This document shows, piece by piece, positions 17,939 through 29,115 of a stretch of DNA of 64,000 bases. A model generated the notes under the pieces. The model was not told where the DNA came from. It made no database searches and was given only the letters and a program-made list of their open reading frames with translations. The DNA comes from Spirochaetota bacterium (lineage in GTDB: Bacteria > Spirochaetota > UBA4802 > UBA5550). The stretch covers positions 4,000,001 through 4,064,000 of the forward strand of contig CAXXHB010000003.1 of assembly GCA_963664815.2 (NCBI GenBank), given 5' to 3'. The position numbers and the translations under genes were made by a program. How positions within the stretch are numbered: the first letter of the stretch is position 1; every line of letters starts with the position of its first letter.

Positions 17939-18292
17939 ATGTCAGAAGAAATAAAAAATATTGATACAGAAACAGTTGCAGAAACAGTTGAACCTGTAAC
18001 TGAAGCAGTTGCACCAGCTTATGGAAGGAGGCCTTATGCAAGTCAGGAAGAGGGTGGAGACAGACCGTATCAGAGAAATATGCGTTTTAAAAGAAAAGTA
18101 TGCAGATTCTGCCACGATAAAAACGCACAGATAGATTATAAAGACGTGAAAATGGTGGAACAGTTTATAACTGACAGAGGTAAAATTCTGCCAAGACGTG
18201 TTACTGGAACCTGCGCCAAACACCAGAGAGGTGTCTCGCAGGCCATTAAAAGAGCAAGAATTATCGCTCTTGTTCCGTTCGTTGAAAAATAG
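17939..18292 (+). CDS. rpsR: 30S ribosomal protein S18 with acidic N-terminal extension
   Basis: [36 protein letters not shown]. Confidence 0.97.
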   Translation: MSEEIKNIDTETVAETVEPVTEAVAPAYGRRPYASQEEGGDRPYQRNMRFKRKVCRFCHDKNAQIDYKDVKMVEQFITDRGKILPRRVTGTCAKHQRGVSQAIKRARIIALVPFVEK

Positions 18293-18294
18293 TT

Positions 18295-19227
18295 TTGGGA
18301 GCTATTTTGTTCATTGCAGGAGTCATCCTCACCATCTGTTCGGCTTTTATTTTTTACAAATGGGGATGGATAAGTTTAATTTTATACGTGCCTGCAGCGT
18401 TAGTACCAGTTGTTCTGGGAGGTTACGAAGGGGGACTTTCTCTTTATACCTTACCACTTATAACAGGAACAGTTGGCGGATACTGTTTTAAAAAGTCTTC
18501 AGGGCTCGACTTTTTTATTACTTTTTCCGCGATTCTATTTGCGATAGTTTTTACAACTGATTTTTACATATTAAAAAATGTTAAAGGCTATGATTTAGTA
18601 GAAATCGGAAAATCTGAACTTGTCCAGATTCTGGAACAATCCCGGGGAGAGATGGAGAAGGTTTTTGATCAATATAAAACCCCGGAAGAAAACAGAAAAA
18701 AACTTAGAGAAGATTTTAATACTTCTCTGCAGATGATTCAGGACAGTAAATGGATTCAGCTTGCAAGAGATATGATTCCTTTTACATCCTTTATTTATTC
18801 AGTAATGGTAACAGGTTTCAGTTTTTTTCTGATGAAAAAAATATTCATGAAAACTCAGGGGAAGGATGTCAGATCCCTTGAATTTTTCAGGTTGAATGAT
18901 TACACAATTTTTTTAATAATCGCCGGATGGGGCCTTTTCATGCTGCTTGATAAAACCAGTTATCCGGTAATTTCTGTTGCAGCATTGAATATTGCTTTGG
19001 CTGGTTCAGTGCTTTATATTATTCAGGCTCTGGGTATACTTAAGTTTTTTATCATCAGAAAAGGGATGCCGACAGTACTTATACCTCTTCTGATCTTTAC
19101 TTTACTGATACTCGGGCCTTCTGTTATTATGTTTTCAATGATTATATTACTTGGAATAGGCACACTGGATCTCTGGGGAGATTTCAGGAAGCTTAATCCC
19201 AAAATAGAACGAAATATTAAGGAGTAA
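18295..19227 (+). CDS. DUF2232/YybS-family membrane protein
   Basis: Multi-TM protein between rpsR and rplI ending GTLDLWGDFRK; TTG start. Confidence 0.8.
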   Translation: MGAILFIAGVILTICSAFIFYKWGWISLILYVPAALVPVVLGGYEGGLSLYTLPLITGTVGGYCFKKSSGLDFFITFSAILFAIVFTTDFYILKNVKGYDLVEIGKSELVQILEQSRGEMEKVFDQYKTPEENRKKLREDFNTSLQMIQDSKWIQLARDMIPFTSFIYSVMVTGFSFFLMKKIFMKTQGKDVRSLEFFRLNDYTIFLIIAGWGLFMLLDKTSYPVISVAALNIALAGSVLYIIQALGILKFFIIRKGMPTVLIPLLIFTLLILGPSVIMFSMIILLGIGTLDLWGDFRKLNPKIERNIKE

Positions 19228-19230
19228 ACA

Positions 19231-19674
19231 ATGAAAGTTATACTTCAGAAAGACATACCAAGCCTTGGCGATGCCGGGGACATAAAAGAAGTAGCTGAGG
19301 GATTTGCGAGAAATTATCTCCTCCCGAAAAAACTGGTTATAGTTGCAAATGAATCTAGCAAAAAGGCTATTGATCACCAGAAAAAACTTATAAAAATCAA
19401 GAAAGAAAAAAGAAAGAAAACAAGCGAACAGCTTGCTTCCAGCATGTCAGATGTTGAGCTTACAATTCCAGCACAGGTTGGAGAAGAGGGAAAACTCTTC
19501 GGTTCAATTACCTCTATGGATATAGCAAAACAACTGAAAGAAAAAGGTTTTGAAATTGACAAAAGAAAAATTCTTCTTGATGCTCCTATCAAGCAGGAAG
19601 GCGAATTTAAGGTATCAATAAAATTAGAAGAAGGCCTTACTGCAACAGTAAAAGTTATTGTAGTTAAGGAGTAA
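19231..19674 (+). CDS. rplI: 50S ribosomal protein L9
   Basis: MKVILQKDIPSLG..GD..EV..GFARNYLLPK; GKLFGSIT. Confidence 0.98.
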   Translation: MKVILQKDIPSLGDAGDIKEVAEGFARNYLLPKKLVIVANESSKKAIDHQKKLIKIKKEKRKKTSEQLASSMSDVELTIPAQVGEEGKLFGSITSMDIAKQLKEKGFEIDKRKILLDAPIKQEGEFKVSIKLEEGLTATVKVIVVKE

Positions 19675-19677
19675 ATC

Positions 19678-21036
19678 ATGACCACTGACAGGCTTCCCCC
19701 GCAGGATGTTGAAACAGAAACTGCTTGTATTGCTTCAGCCCTGCTTAACAGGGAAGCACTGCTCAGAGTTACTGAAATCCTCCAACCGGAGGATTTTTAC
19801 CTTGAAAAACACCGTATAATTTTTGAAGCGATCTCAGAGCTTGAGAAAAAATCTCTCCCGATAGATCTCACAACCCTCAGACAGATACTAATTGATAAAA
19901 GCTGCCTTGAACGCATTGGAGGGAATTCCGCACTTGCAGAAATATATCAGTCTTCATCAACATCAGGAAATGCCGAAATATATGCAAAAAGAATAAAAGA
20001 GATGAGTCTTCGAAGAAAGCTCATTGATGTTGCAGAACTCTCTATAGAAAAATGTTTTAACAGGGGGCTGACAACTGAAGAGGTGATGGATGAAGTGGAA
20101 CGGGATGTTTTCAGGGTAACAGAACAGCGCATTACATCTGACTATAAAAACATTGAAGTCATCATAAACAGTACAATGAATGACATCGACACCTGGTACA
20201 AAACAAAAAAAATGGTAACAGGTATTGCCAGCGGATTTACAGAGCTTGATGAGCAGCTTACCGGATTCCATGGAGCGGAACTTATAATCATTGCAGCAAG
20301 GCCTGGCATGGGTAAAACCGCTTTTGCCCTTAACATTCTGAACAATGTTGCTGTAAGACACAAGACTCCTGTACTCTTTTTTTCTCTTGAAATGCCGGCA
20401 AACCAGCTGGGGCTCAGGATGCTCTGCATTGAGTCAATGGTTGATTCACAGAGAGTACGAACCGGGCATATAGATCAGGAGGAACTGAAAAAAATATTCA
20501 ACATGTCTGGCAAGTTAAGCAAAGCTCCCATATATATAGACGATTCTGCCTCTGCAACAATTATGGAAATCAGGGCGAAAGCCAGAAGACTGGCTCAGAA
20601 AGTACCACTTGGGATGGTAATTGTAGATTATCTTCAGCTTATTTCAAGCTATTCAAAAGTTGACCGCCATCTTCAAATTGCTGAAATATCAAGAATGCTT
20701 AAACAACTGGCGCGCGAACTCAACATCCCGGTAATTGCTCTTTCCCAGCTTTCCCGTGCAGTTGAATCAAGAACAAACCAGGAACCAACTCTCTCCGACC
20801 TGCGGGAATCGGGAGCAATTGAGCAAGATGCAGATGTAGTTATGTTCATCTACCGTGAGGACAAGGTAAAGAAAGAAAGCGAGAAAAAAGGGATAGCTAC
20901 AATAATGGTTGCAAAACAGAGAAACGGTCCTATCGGCAATATTGATCTTCGTTTCTGGGGCAAATATACCAAATTCGGTAATCTTGATGTCCCCCATTCC
21001 TATGAGGAGGCTAGCCCCACTCATGAATCACATTGA
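19678..21036 (+). CDS. dnaB: Replicative DNA helicase
   Basis: AARPGMGKT, VDYLQL, LSQLSR, DLRESGAIEQDAD, KQRNGP; no intein seen. Confidence 0.98.
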   Translation: MTTDRLPPQDVETETACIASALLNREALLRVTEILQPEDFYLEKHRIIFEAISELEKKSLPIDLTTLRQILIDKSCLERIGGNSALAEIYQSSSTSGNAEIYAKRIKEMSLRRKLIDVAELSIEKCFNRGLTTEEVMDEVERDVFRVTEQRITSDYKNIEVIINSTMNDIDTWYKTKKMVTGIASGFTELDEQLTGFHGAELIIIAARPGMGKTAFALNILNNVAVRHKTPVLFFSLEMPANQLGLRMLCIESMVDSQRVRTGHIDQEELKKIFNMSGKLSKAPIYIDDSASATIMEIRAKARRLAQKVPLGMVIVDYLQLISSYSKVDRHLQIAEISRMLKQLARELNIPVIALSQLSRAVESRTNQEPTLSDLRESGAIEQDADVVMFIYREDKVKKESEKKGIATIMVAKQRNGPIGNIDLRFWGKYTKFGNLDVPHSYEEASPTHESH

Positions 21037-21802
21037 GAGGAGTTCATTTTTCGAATCATTTTTCGAGTCTCTAGGTATTCATATTATTTTCTTTAAAGAG
21101 ACTATCTTATGGACTTTCCGTCCTCCGTTTGACCGACAAAATATTCTCGCTCAGATGCTCGAGATCGGATATAAATCCCTTCCAGTAACAACCATAACGC
21201 TTTTTTTCACAGGGATGGTTATGGCTCTGCAGATTGGCAAAGCAATGGATGCCCTCATGTCAGGGTCCTCGGTATTTATCGGAACCGCTGTAACAATCTC
21301 TATGTTCAGGGAGCTTTGCCCGGTTTTAACTGCGCTTCTTCTTGCCGGCAGGGTTGGCTCCTCCATTGCCGCAGAGATTGGAACGATGAAGGTTACAGAA
21401 CAGATAGATGCTCTTCGCACACTTTCTGCAGAACCGGTTCAGTACCTGTCTGTTCCGAGGTTTATAGCCTGTGTCGTTATGACTCCTTCCCTGACAGTTA
21501 TTACTGATATAGTTGGAGTTCTTGGCGGCGCGGTAGTTGCTTTCTTATCATTGAATATTACTCCTGACAGCTATATATCAAATATAATTCAAAATATCAG
21601 TCTTGGCGATTTCATTTCCGGTATAACCAAGTCATTCTTCTTCGGGGCTGAGATCGCAATTATTTCATGCTGCAGCGGATTCAGCACCACCGGAGGCGCT
21701 GAAGGAGTTGGAAAATCCACAATTCAGGCAGTAGTCCGGTCTTCCATGGTTGTGCTTATTTCAGATTATTTTTTAACATATCTTATACAGATTATCGAAT
21801 AA
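21023..21802 (+). CDS. mlaE: MlaE-family ABC permease
   Basis: RELCPVLTALLLAGRVGSSIAAEIGTMKVTEQIDAL, GGAEGVGKST. ATG 21023 follows GAGGAGG and overlaps the end of dnaB. Confidence 0.92.
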   Translation: MNHIERSSFFESFFESLGIHIIFFKETILWTFRPPFDRQNILAQMLEIGYKSLPVTTITLFFTGMVMALQIGKAMDALMSGSSVFIGTAVTISMFRELCPVLTALLLAGRVGSSIAAEIGTMKVTEQIDALRTLSAEPVQYLSVPRFIACVVMTPSLTVITDIVGVLGGAVVAFLSLNITPDSYISNIIQNISLGDFISGITKSFFFGAEIAIISCCSGFSTTGGAEGVGKSTIQAVVRSSMVVLISDYFLTYLIQIIE

Positions 21803-21907
21803 AGATAAATGCTATGATCATATGTAAAATATTTGCCCTTCTCGCCAAGGTGTAACGTATATCAGAGTATACAGTATTTTAAACAATTAGAATAAGGTTC
21901 ATTAACA

Positions 21908-22591
21908 ATGAGTGTAAATAAAATCAATATTGAATTTCAAAAAAATATCAAATCCCTGAACATTAACAGTGAAGTCCTTCGTGCTTTTCAATCTGTCGAC
22001 CGATCTATTTTTTTTGATCCTTTTTTTAAAAATAATATCAGTGGTTTTAAACCGATTCCAGTCGGTTTCGGTGAGTACAGCGATGACATTGTTCTTCTCA
22101 CCAAAATGTTAAATACGCTTTCACCGCAGAAGAAATGGCATTTACTTGAGATAGGCACCGGATCAGGTTACTCTACAGCACTTCTCTCAACTATGGTAAA
22201 CAGAATAACAACTATTGAGTACCATGAAAAACTCGCTTCAGAGGCAAAAAACAGACTTATATCAAACGGGTTTTTTAATATAAAATTTCTTGCGGGAGAC
22301 TGTTCGGAACTTGATGATACCGCGGGATCATTTGATGGAGTTATTGTGCATGCAGGGTGCATGCACAGCCCATACGCCGCTCTTAATCTTCTCAAAAAGA
22401 ACGGAGTTGCAGTTTTCCCTATGGGTACATCTATGTTGCAACAGATTACATATTATAAAAATCTGACCCTCAAGCCTGAAGACAATCCTTTTAAAAGATA
22501 TAAATTTTTTGATTCCTGTTCTGTAAATTCCATTAAAGGCATATACGGATTTACCAATGCTGAAGTTGATATTTTCATTCAGCCTGGGTAA
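21908..22591 (+). CDS. pcm: Protein-L-isoaspartate O-methyltransferase family (divergent)
   Basis: VDRSIF, LEIGTGSGYSTALLS, GD, FDGVIV; the usual TISQP motif is replaced by EYSDD. Confidence 0.75.
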   Translation: MSVNKINIEFQKNIKSLNINSEVLRAFQSVDRSIFFDPFFKNNISGFKPIPVGFGEYSDDIVLLTKMLNTLSPQKKWHLLEIGTGSGYSTALLSTMVNRITTIEYHEKLASEAKNRLISNGFFNIKFLAGDCSELDDTAGSFDGVIVHAGCMHSPYAALNLLKKNGVAVFPMGTSMLQQITYYKNLTLKPEDNPFKRYKFFDSCSVNSIKGIYGFTNAEVDIFIQPG

Positions 22592-22681
22592 AGCGATGAT
22601 GGCAATATTTTTATAATTGGTTTGTAAAATACCGTCTTTGTTATTCATAAAAATGCAAAACTTCATCTTCAGGAGAGATAA

Positions 22682-23608
22682 TTGATTTATCTTGCACCTA
22701 TTCAGGGTATTACAGACAGAATATTCCGAAATGTATTCCCAAAGTATTTCAGTAATGTTGACCTTTCAATTGCCCCTTTTATTTCGACATCAAAGAGAAA
22801 AAATGTCGAGACTGTCATTTTACGGGAGCTCGATCCTGATATGAATACAGGAATTCCTGTCATTCCTCAAATATTAAGCAATGACCCCGCCAATTTTATT
22901 CCATTGGCAAATAAACTGTATAACATGGGATATGGGACAATTAATTGGAATCTGGGGTGTCCCTTCCCTGTAGTTGTGAATAAAGGCAAAGGCTCAGGCA
23001 TGCTCTGCTATCCCGGCAGGATTGAGGAGTTTCTGGATAAGACCATACCAAAAATAAAGGCAAATTTATCAATTAAACTCAGACTCGGCCTCGTTTATTC
23101 CGACGAAATCCTTTCTCTCATCCCCATATTCAACCGTTATCCAATTAAAGAATTGATTATACATCCCCGGACTGGTAAGCAGATGTACGAAGGGTTTGTT
23201 GATATTGAGATATTCGCAAAATGCATAGAAATTTCCAGACATGAAATCGTTTATAATGGCGACTTAGATTCAACTGAAAAATATAAGTTAATATCAGAAC
23301 GATTCACTTCAATTAACAAATGGATGATCGGCCGAGGATTACTCATGGATCCATTCCTTGCTGAAAAAATTGTTACAGGGGACAGCCGGTCTTTAACTGA
23401 CAGGATTAAAATTATCAGGTCTTTTCACAATGAATTGTTTGAAGTATATTCAAAAACCATGCCCGGGTCTGTTCACATAACAGATAAGATGAAAAGTATC
23501 TGGTCTTATCTTGCAAATTTTTTTGAAAACAAAGAGGAGATAAAGAAAAATATTTATAGATCACAAAATGTAAATCAGTATCTCGATGCAGTAAATAATA
23601 TTTTCTAA
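22682..23608 (+). CDS. dus: tRNA-dihydrouridine synthase family
   Basis: LAPIQGITD, NWNLGCP, GSGML, IHPRT, YNGD, MIGRG. Confidence 0.92.
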   Translation: MIYLAPIQGITDRIFRNVFPKYFSNVDLSIAPFISTSKRKNVETVILRELDPDMNTGIPVIPQILSNDPANFIPLANKLYNMGYGTINWNLGCPFPVVVNKGKGSGMLCYPGRIEEFLDKTIPKIKANLSIKLRLGLVYSDEILSLIPIFNRYPIKELIIHPRTGKQMYEGFVDIEIFAKCIEISRHEIVYNGDLDSTEKYKLISERFTSINKWMIGRGLLMDPFLAEKIVTGDSRSLTDRIKIIRSFHNELFEVYSKTMPGSVHITDKMKSIWSYLANFFENKEEIKKNIYRSQNVNQYLDAVNNIF

Positions 23609-23931
23609 TAATCCACCCGAAACAACCAGATCCTCCGTTATGGTAAACCCTTTTTAAAAAATCCACACTATTAATTGTTGACTATGGTAGTTTATTTATT
23701 GAAATTACTTATTAAAAGTTTTTTAAATAAGAATTCTCCACGCAGATGTAAGAAAATGATATTTGCTTATTTTTTTATTAAGTTATAAAAATTTATTTGA
23801 AACAGTGCAGTCTTTTGTATTTTAATGTTTTTATGAAATGATCAGAAAATACTTAATATTTGTCATTGAGGTGAATCAATGTATTTTTATAAAATATTTT
23901 TACAACTGCTATTGCAAATTCCGGGAAATTT

Positions 23932-24564
23932 ATGATTATAGAACAGATACTTGTTACAGGGATGGCCGTTTTCTGCTATTTGGTAGTAGATGAATCTACA
24001 AAGGATGCGGTACTTATCGATCCTGCCGGAGATTATAATTCAATCTTCAAACAGGTGGAAAAACACAATGCCAGGATTAAATATGTAATAAATACTCATG
24101 GGCATTATGATCACACTTCAGGCAATTCTCACGTTACTTCAAAGACGGGTGCCATTCTGCTTATTCATCAGGAAGACCTCCGTCACCTTAGTGAAATCAG
24201 ACGTGATGAATGTGCTCTGTTTTCTGATGAAAAAAACATTGCCGGAAAAAAGACTCTCCTTCTTAAAGACAATGACAAAATAATAATAGGGTATACTCAG
24301 CTATGGATAATTCATACTCCGGGACATTCAGCAGGAAGTATATCCATCTATTCAAACGGAAACATCTTTACCGGAGATACTCTTTTTACTGAAGGAGTAG
24401 GAAGAACCGATCTGCCGGACAGTTCACAAAGCAGTCTTGTAAATTCAATAAAAAATAAAATTCTCAGTCTGCCGGATGATACAAAAATATGGCCTGGTCA
24501 TAATTACGGGAAAAAACCTGTATCAACAGTAGCTGAACAAAAAAAATATTTTGGATTAAAATAA
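23932..24564 (+). CDS. MBL-fold metallo-hydrolase (glyoxalase II-like)
   Basis: THGHYDH, HTPGHS, FTGDTLF..GVGRTD, PGH. Confidence 0.92.
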   Translation: MIIEQILVTGMAVFCYLVVDESTKDAVLIDPAGDYNSIFKQVEKHNARIKYVINTHGHYDHTSGNSHVTSKTGAILLIHQEDLRHLSEIRRDECALFSDEKNIAGKKTLLLKDNDKIIIGYTQLWIIHTPGHSAGSISIYSNGNIFTGDTLFTEGVGRTDLPDSSQSSLVNSIKNKILSLPDDTKIWPGHNYGKKPVSTVAEQKKYFGLK

Positions 24565-24574
24565 CTGGAGAAAT

Positions 24575-25360
24575 ATGAATTTAAAAAATATGCTGCCACT
24601 TTACCGGCTTAAGGAAATTACCAGAATATTACGAGCTGAAAATGGATGCCCATGGGACAGAGAACAGACTTTCAACTCCCTTAAACCATACCTTGTGGAA
24701 GAAACCTATGAAGTTTACGATGCAATCGAAAGTGGGGATCTGAATAATCTTAAAGAAGAACTTGGTGATCTTCTTTACCAGATTTATGCTCACTCTGAAA
24801 TAGCTTCCGAGACATCATCCTTCACTATCGACGATGTTGCAGATGGCATTGCTGATAAGCTGATAAGGCGGCACCCTCATGTTTTCGGCAATGAAGACAT
24901 CCAAAACGCGACTGGTGTAAAAGTCAGATGGGAGGAAATAAAAAAAACAGAAAAGAACGGAAGAAAGTCTCTTCTTGATGGTATTCCACGAAACCTTCCC
25001 GCGCTGTCAATGGCCCTCAGAATTCAGGATAAAGTTTCTCACGCAGGTTTTGACTGGGAAAAGATTGATGGAGCAATAGACAAGCTTGATGAAGAGATTA
25101 ATGAGTTCAAGGAAGCTGTAACTCTTGAAAACAGCGACAAAATAACTGATGAAGCAGGAGACATACTATTCAGTCTTGTGAACGTTTTAAGATTCAAAAA
25201 AATTGATGCGGAAGATGCTCTCAGAAAAACAATCAACAAGTTCTCTGACAGGTTCCGGTATATAGAAGCTAAAGTCAATGAATCAGGTAAAAGTATAAAT
25301 TCGATGTCGCTTGAGGAACTTGATGTTCTCTGGAAGGAATCTAAAAAGAATCTTAAATAA
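24575..25360 (+). CDS. mazG: Nucleoside triphosphate pyrophosphohydrolase
   Basis: GCPWDREQT, EETYEV, EELGDLL, KLIRRHPHVF, second MazG domain GFDW..EEI.E..GD.LF. Confidence 0.96.
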   Translation: MNLKNMLPLYRLKEITRILRAENGCPWDREQTFNSLKPYLVEETYEVYDAIESGDLNNLKEELGDLLYQIYAHSEIASETSSFTIDDVADGIADKLIRRHPHVFGNEDIQNATGVKVRWEEIKKTEKNGRKSLLDGIPRNLPALSMALRIQDKVSHAGFDWEKIDGAIDKLDEEINEFKEAVTLENSDKITDEAGDILFSLVNVLRFKKIDAEDALRKTINKFSDRFRYIEAKVNESGKSINSMSLEELDVLWKESKKNLK

Positions 25361-25361
25361 T

Positions 25362-26723
25362 CTATTTAATTACTTTAAGGATTCTCCCCCAGCAGGGATG
25401 CAAATCAAGCCTGAGATGGTTCCCATTATTTAATTCAAAAGTTTCCCCATCGTTCAGAATATCGATAACATGCACCCCTGTCACTGGAATTTCAAATTCA
25501 ATGTGAGATAGTTCCCCTGATGCGTTCACAGCAACAACAATCCATTCATCATTTATTATCCTGGCATATGCAAACTGTTCATGCAGGACTTTTAATTGCA
25601 TATATCCGCCATGTTTCAGTATTTCTGAACTGTTTCTGATATACGAAAGCTTAGAAATAGTTACAGCGAGATCTTTATTGGGACTGCCATTAGAAGCTGT
25701 ATTTAAATCAAGCTCAGGACGAATCTCCTCATCTTCACCATATTTCAAACCTTCAATTCCCCATTCGCTGCCGTAATATACTGATGGTATTCCGGGCATC
25801 GTAAATAGGAGTATATGCAACGGATAAAGATGAGCTGTATTTTTCAATGTACTGGCTATACGGCTCACATCATGATTGTCTGCAAAATTGTACAAATAGT
25901 TATCTGTACAGAAGCCTGAATTTTTACCAAATAAAGAATTAAGCGAATATGCTATTTCAAAATAGTTTTTATCATTATGGCTTGAATATAATCCCTTATA
26001 GCAGATATAGTTTGTTACAGAATTAAGAAGATGTATGTTTGCCCAACGGCTGTAATCGCCATGAATCACTTCTCCCATAATCCAGAAGTCAGGCTTTATT
26101 TTTTTACACAATGATGATAATTCACTCATAAAATCGAAGTCAAGGCAGTCGGCACAATCCAATCTTAACCCGTCAATATCAAATTTCCGAATCCAGTATT
26201 CTACAGCTTTAAATAAATATTCCTTTACGTCAGGATTCTGCAGATTAAGCTTAACAAGCCTGTAGTGCCCTTCCCATGTTTCATAATCAAACGGATCATT
26301 GAATTTACTTCTCTTATCAAAATTGATATTACAAAACCAGCTGATGTACTCCGACTCCTTAACGTTAAAAAGAAGTTCCCTGAATGCAAAAAACTCACGT
26401 CCTGCATGATTGAATACTCCGTCAACAACTACTTTTATACCATTTTCATGCAAAGTCTGAACTGTTTTAATAAATATCTCATTATCCCCCAGGCGTCTGT
26501 CGACCTTATTGTAATCTGCGATATCATAACCATGGGTTGCTGATTCAAAAACCGGCCCGAATAAAATAGCATTGGCCCCAAGATATTTTATATGATTAAG
26601 CCATTTATAAACTTTCTCCAGCCGGGGTATCGGCAACGAACTAAAATCATTAGTCCTGGCCGCACCACAGAATCCCAATGGGTAAATATGATAGAATATC
26701 GCTTCTCTATACCACTCATTCAT
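25362..26723 (-). CDS. GH13 alpha-amylase/cyclomaltodextrinase-like glycosidase
   Basis: YHIYPLGFCGA, HGYD, DGVFNH, DGLRLD, GEVIHG, DNHD, PGIPSVYYGSEWG. Confidence 0.93.
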   Translation of the reverse strand: MNEWYREAIFYHIYPLGFCGAARTNDFSSLPIPRLEKVYKWLNHIKYLGANAILFGPVFESATHGYDIADYNKVDRRLGDNEIFIKTVQTLHENGIKVVVDGVFNHAGREFFAFRELLFNVKESEYISWFCNINFDKRSKFNDPFDYETWEGHYRLVKLNLQNPDVKEYLFKAVEYWIRKFDIDGLRLDCADCLDFDFMSELSSLCKKIKPDFWIMGEVIHGDYSRWANIHLLNSVTNYICYKGLYSSHNDKNYFEIAYSLNSLFGKNSGFCTDNYLYNFADNHDVSRIASTLKNTAHLYPLHILLFTMPGIPSVYYGSEWGIEGLKYGEDEEIRPELDLNTASNGSPNKDLAVTISKLSYIRNSSEILKHGGYMQLKVLHEQFAYARIINDEWIVVAVNASGELSHIEFEIPVTGVHVIDILNDGETFELNNGNHLRLDLHPCWGRILKVIK

Positions 26724-28971
26724 ATACTGATACTCCGCCTGAATTCCGATTTAGTTCATCAATGCATTGTAATAAACCTGGCAAAAACAGCATAACCTGA
26801 ATGTAACCTTTCATTATAATTTCATTAGCTTTGTTCAACATGGCATTTTCCAAATCTTCCATAATTGATAAAAACAATTTTTCATCACAAATTATTGATC
26901 GATCAATTCCATGCTTAGATTCATTTTTTTCGTGAAACATATAATATAATTTATTTTCAACTAATTGCATTCCCTCGTTAAACTGTTGAATAAAAGATTG
27001 CATCCATGGCAACTCATTTTCTCCATTTAATGCAGGTTCTTTAAGACTTAGTGCTGTCAGGATATTACATAGTCTCTGATTATAATAAATCAGGTTATTC
27101 AAACTTTTAATATTTACCTGCTCCGGATCAGGTTCTTTTAAAAAACGTTCAAATGCTGCAGTTAAATTAATATACTCGCGGTATGCTTCCTGCCTTAATT
27201 GTTCAATCTCAGATACATTAAAGGATTTACCGGCAAAACTCATTAATACCACATTTCCGAAATGACGATTTGCAGATATGGCTTTGGTTAAATAGTCTGG
27301 AATGTTATATCGTTCCCACTTTGGTAAAAAGTGATAGATCGCAATCAAAGCCAGGATACCTCCGGTAAGATTGTACAAAATCCTTTCCAAAGCAACATCC
27401 CAGTTTCCTATATTATTGTAATCAATTAATAATATTATAACTGGAGTCCAGTAAAACGCATAGAGACAGTAACTTCGCAAACGGTTTGCAAAAGCAAGAA
27501 AAATGAGTATAATTATAAAAGTAAATAAAATCAATTTATTATGAATAAATCCTGCAGCTATTATTGCTACAATTCCCCCGGCTGCTGTTCCCCCAACCCT
27601 TTCAATCGCCCGCTGTTTTGTTGCATTGAAATCCGGTTTTAATATTATTGCTGCCGTTATCGGTATCCAGTAACCATATGGAATTTCACAATAAATTATT
27701 ATGGCATATGAGATTGTCAGTGTTACGCAAATACGCAAAGAATGGCGGAATACAGGTGAACTGATAGTCAGATTATCAATCAGCAAAATTCTGGCATTCG
27801 AAAAAAAAGTGGGCCTTGTCACTTTCTTGCTGTTTTTTTCAGGTTGTTTATAAACCGGAGTATCAATTATCTTTACTATATCCTGAAGAATTTTCAGGTA
27901 ATTTTCAATAATTTGTATTATAAAATATGCTTTTGAGAATATAATATTATCTTTGATTTCCAGCGTTTTTTCATGTAACATCATAATATCACTGGAAACT
28001 TCCTGTTCAACTTCTTTGAATTTCTTACTGTATTCTGTTCTAATGATCATATTGTCCTGTATTGAGCGTTCAATGATACTCTGCATCAAATCTGCTGCAT
28101 CGATAAACGAACGAACAAACCTGCATATGAATGTTAATCCTCCATCTGTTGCAACAGATTTTATACTTTCAGATAATGCTACTCTGGTTTTGAATAACAA
28201 ATCTGCTTTCTGCAACAACAGGTGAATATGTCTGACTGTCAGATTATAATTACCTTTCAAATCACGAATCATAAGATATGCTATATTACGTATACGTTGC
28301 ATTTCAATCTGTTTCAGTATTATTGTTTTTTCAGTATCACTTTCGTCATCCATAGATCTCTCCAAGTGACTAATGGCAACTACCTTGAGCTCACGATAGT
28401 AATCAGCTGCCGCATTAAACAATGGCTGATATGGTCTGAATGGCCATCTACACAATTTCAATACACAAATCCATAAAGACCCGGTTAAAATCACTATACA
28501 GGCTAAATAAACTTGTTGTATTTCAACAGGTTTAGCTGTAAACAATATGAAACTTATAATGGAAATTGATCCGAACCTGATACCTCGCCCTCCGAAAATA
28601 TTAAGCATACCGGCACTAAACGTCCATATCATTATTAAACAAATAACCACGACAGGCATATCTGCAACGAACGCTGTAATCCAGTTTTCAATAATAAGCA
28701 TAATTGAAGCAAGTATCATTGAACGTAATCGCACATGATAAAGCCCCCCTGGATCAGCAAGTGAAGTAAACAATACACCTAAAAAACTGATTGAGAAAAG
28801 TTTGCTGTCCTTAAAGATAATAAATATAAATAACGGGAACATGGAGAGTCCGGCCATTTTCAGGCCATTTTTTAAATCTTTTCCAGTGAATAATGTAATG
28901 AATGATATTTTATTCTGAATCCAGACTATAGAGTTTTTAAACAATTGATTAATCCCTGTTTTTAAATTCAC
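26716..28971 (-). CDS. FUSC (YccS/YhfK)-family membrane protein
   Basis: N-terminal TM block with LADPGG; C-terminal FRHSLR..GYWIPIT..ILKPD...R..ERVGGT..G. Confidence 0.88.
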   Translation of the reverse strand: MNLKTGINQLFKNSIVWIQNKISFITLFTGKDLKNGLKMAGLSMFPLFIFIIFKDSKLFSISFLGVLFTSLADPGGLYHVRLRSMILASIMLIIENWITAFVADMPVVVICLIMIWTFSAGMLNIFGGRGIRFGSISIISFILFTAKPVEIQQVYLACIVILTGSLWICVLKLCRWPFRPYQPLFNAAADYYRELKVVAISHLERSMDDESDTEKTIILKQIEMQRIRNIAYLMIRDLKGNYNLTVRHIHLLLQKADLLFKTRVALSESIKSVATDGGLTFICRFVRSFIDAADLMQSIIERSIQDNMIIRTEYSKKFKEVEQEVSSDIMMLHEKTLEIKDNIIFSKAYFIIQIIENYLKILQDIVKIIDTPVYKQPEKNSKKVTRPTFFSNARILLIDNLTISSPVFRHSLRICVTLTISYAIIIYCEIPYGYWIPITAAIILKPDFNATKQRAIERVGGTAAGGIVAIIAAGFIHNKLILFTFIIILIFLAFANRLRSYCLYAFYWTPVIILLIDYNNIGNWDVALERILYNLTGGILALIAIYHFLPKWERYNIPDYLTKAISANRHFGNVVLMSFAGKSFNVSEIEQLRQEAYREYINLTAAFERFLKEPDPEQVNIKSLNNLIYYNQRLCNILTALSLKEPALNGENELPWMQSFIQQFNEGMQLVENKLYYMFHEKNESKHGIDRSIICDEKLFLSIMEDLENAMLNKANEIIMKGYIQVMLFLPGLLQCIDELNRNSGGVSVYE

Positions 28972-29115
28972 TTATATTCTGTAACCTTAATGCGTTGCAC
29001 AGTTTCTCTTAAACCAGAACCACCACTAACCATTATAAACATTACATTCTATTATAAACTAAGCCTATGATTTTTTTCATTTATTAGATTAATTAGATTT
29101 TTAATTAAAAAAATA

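Noticed and set aside
23932-25360. MBL hydrolase plus MazG as a defence module
   Set aside because: Both look like ordinary housekeeping members (glyoxalase II-like; full two-domain MazG).
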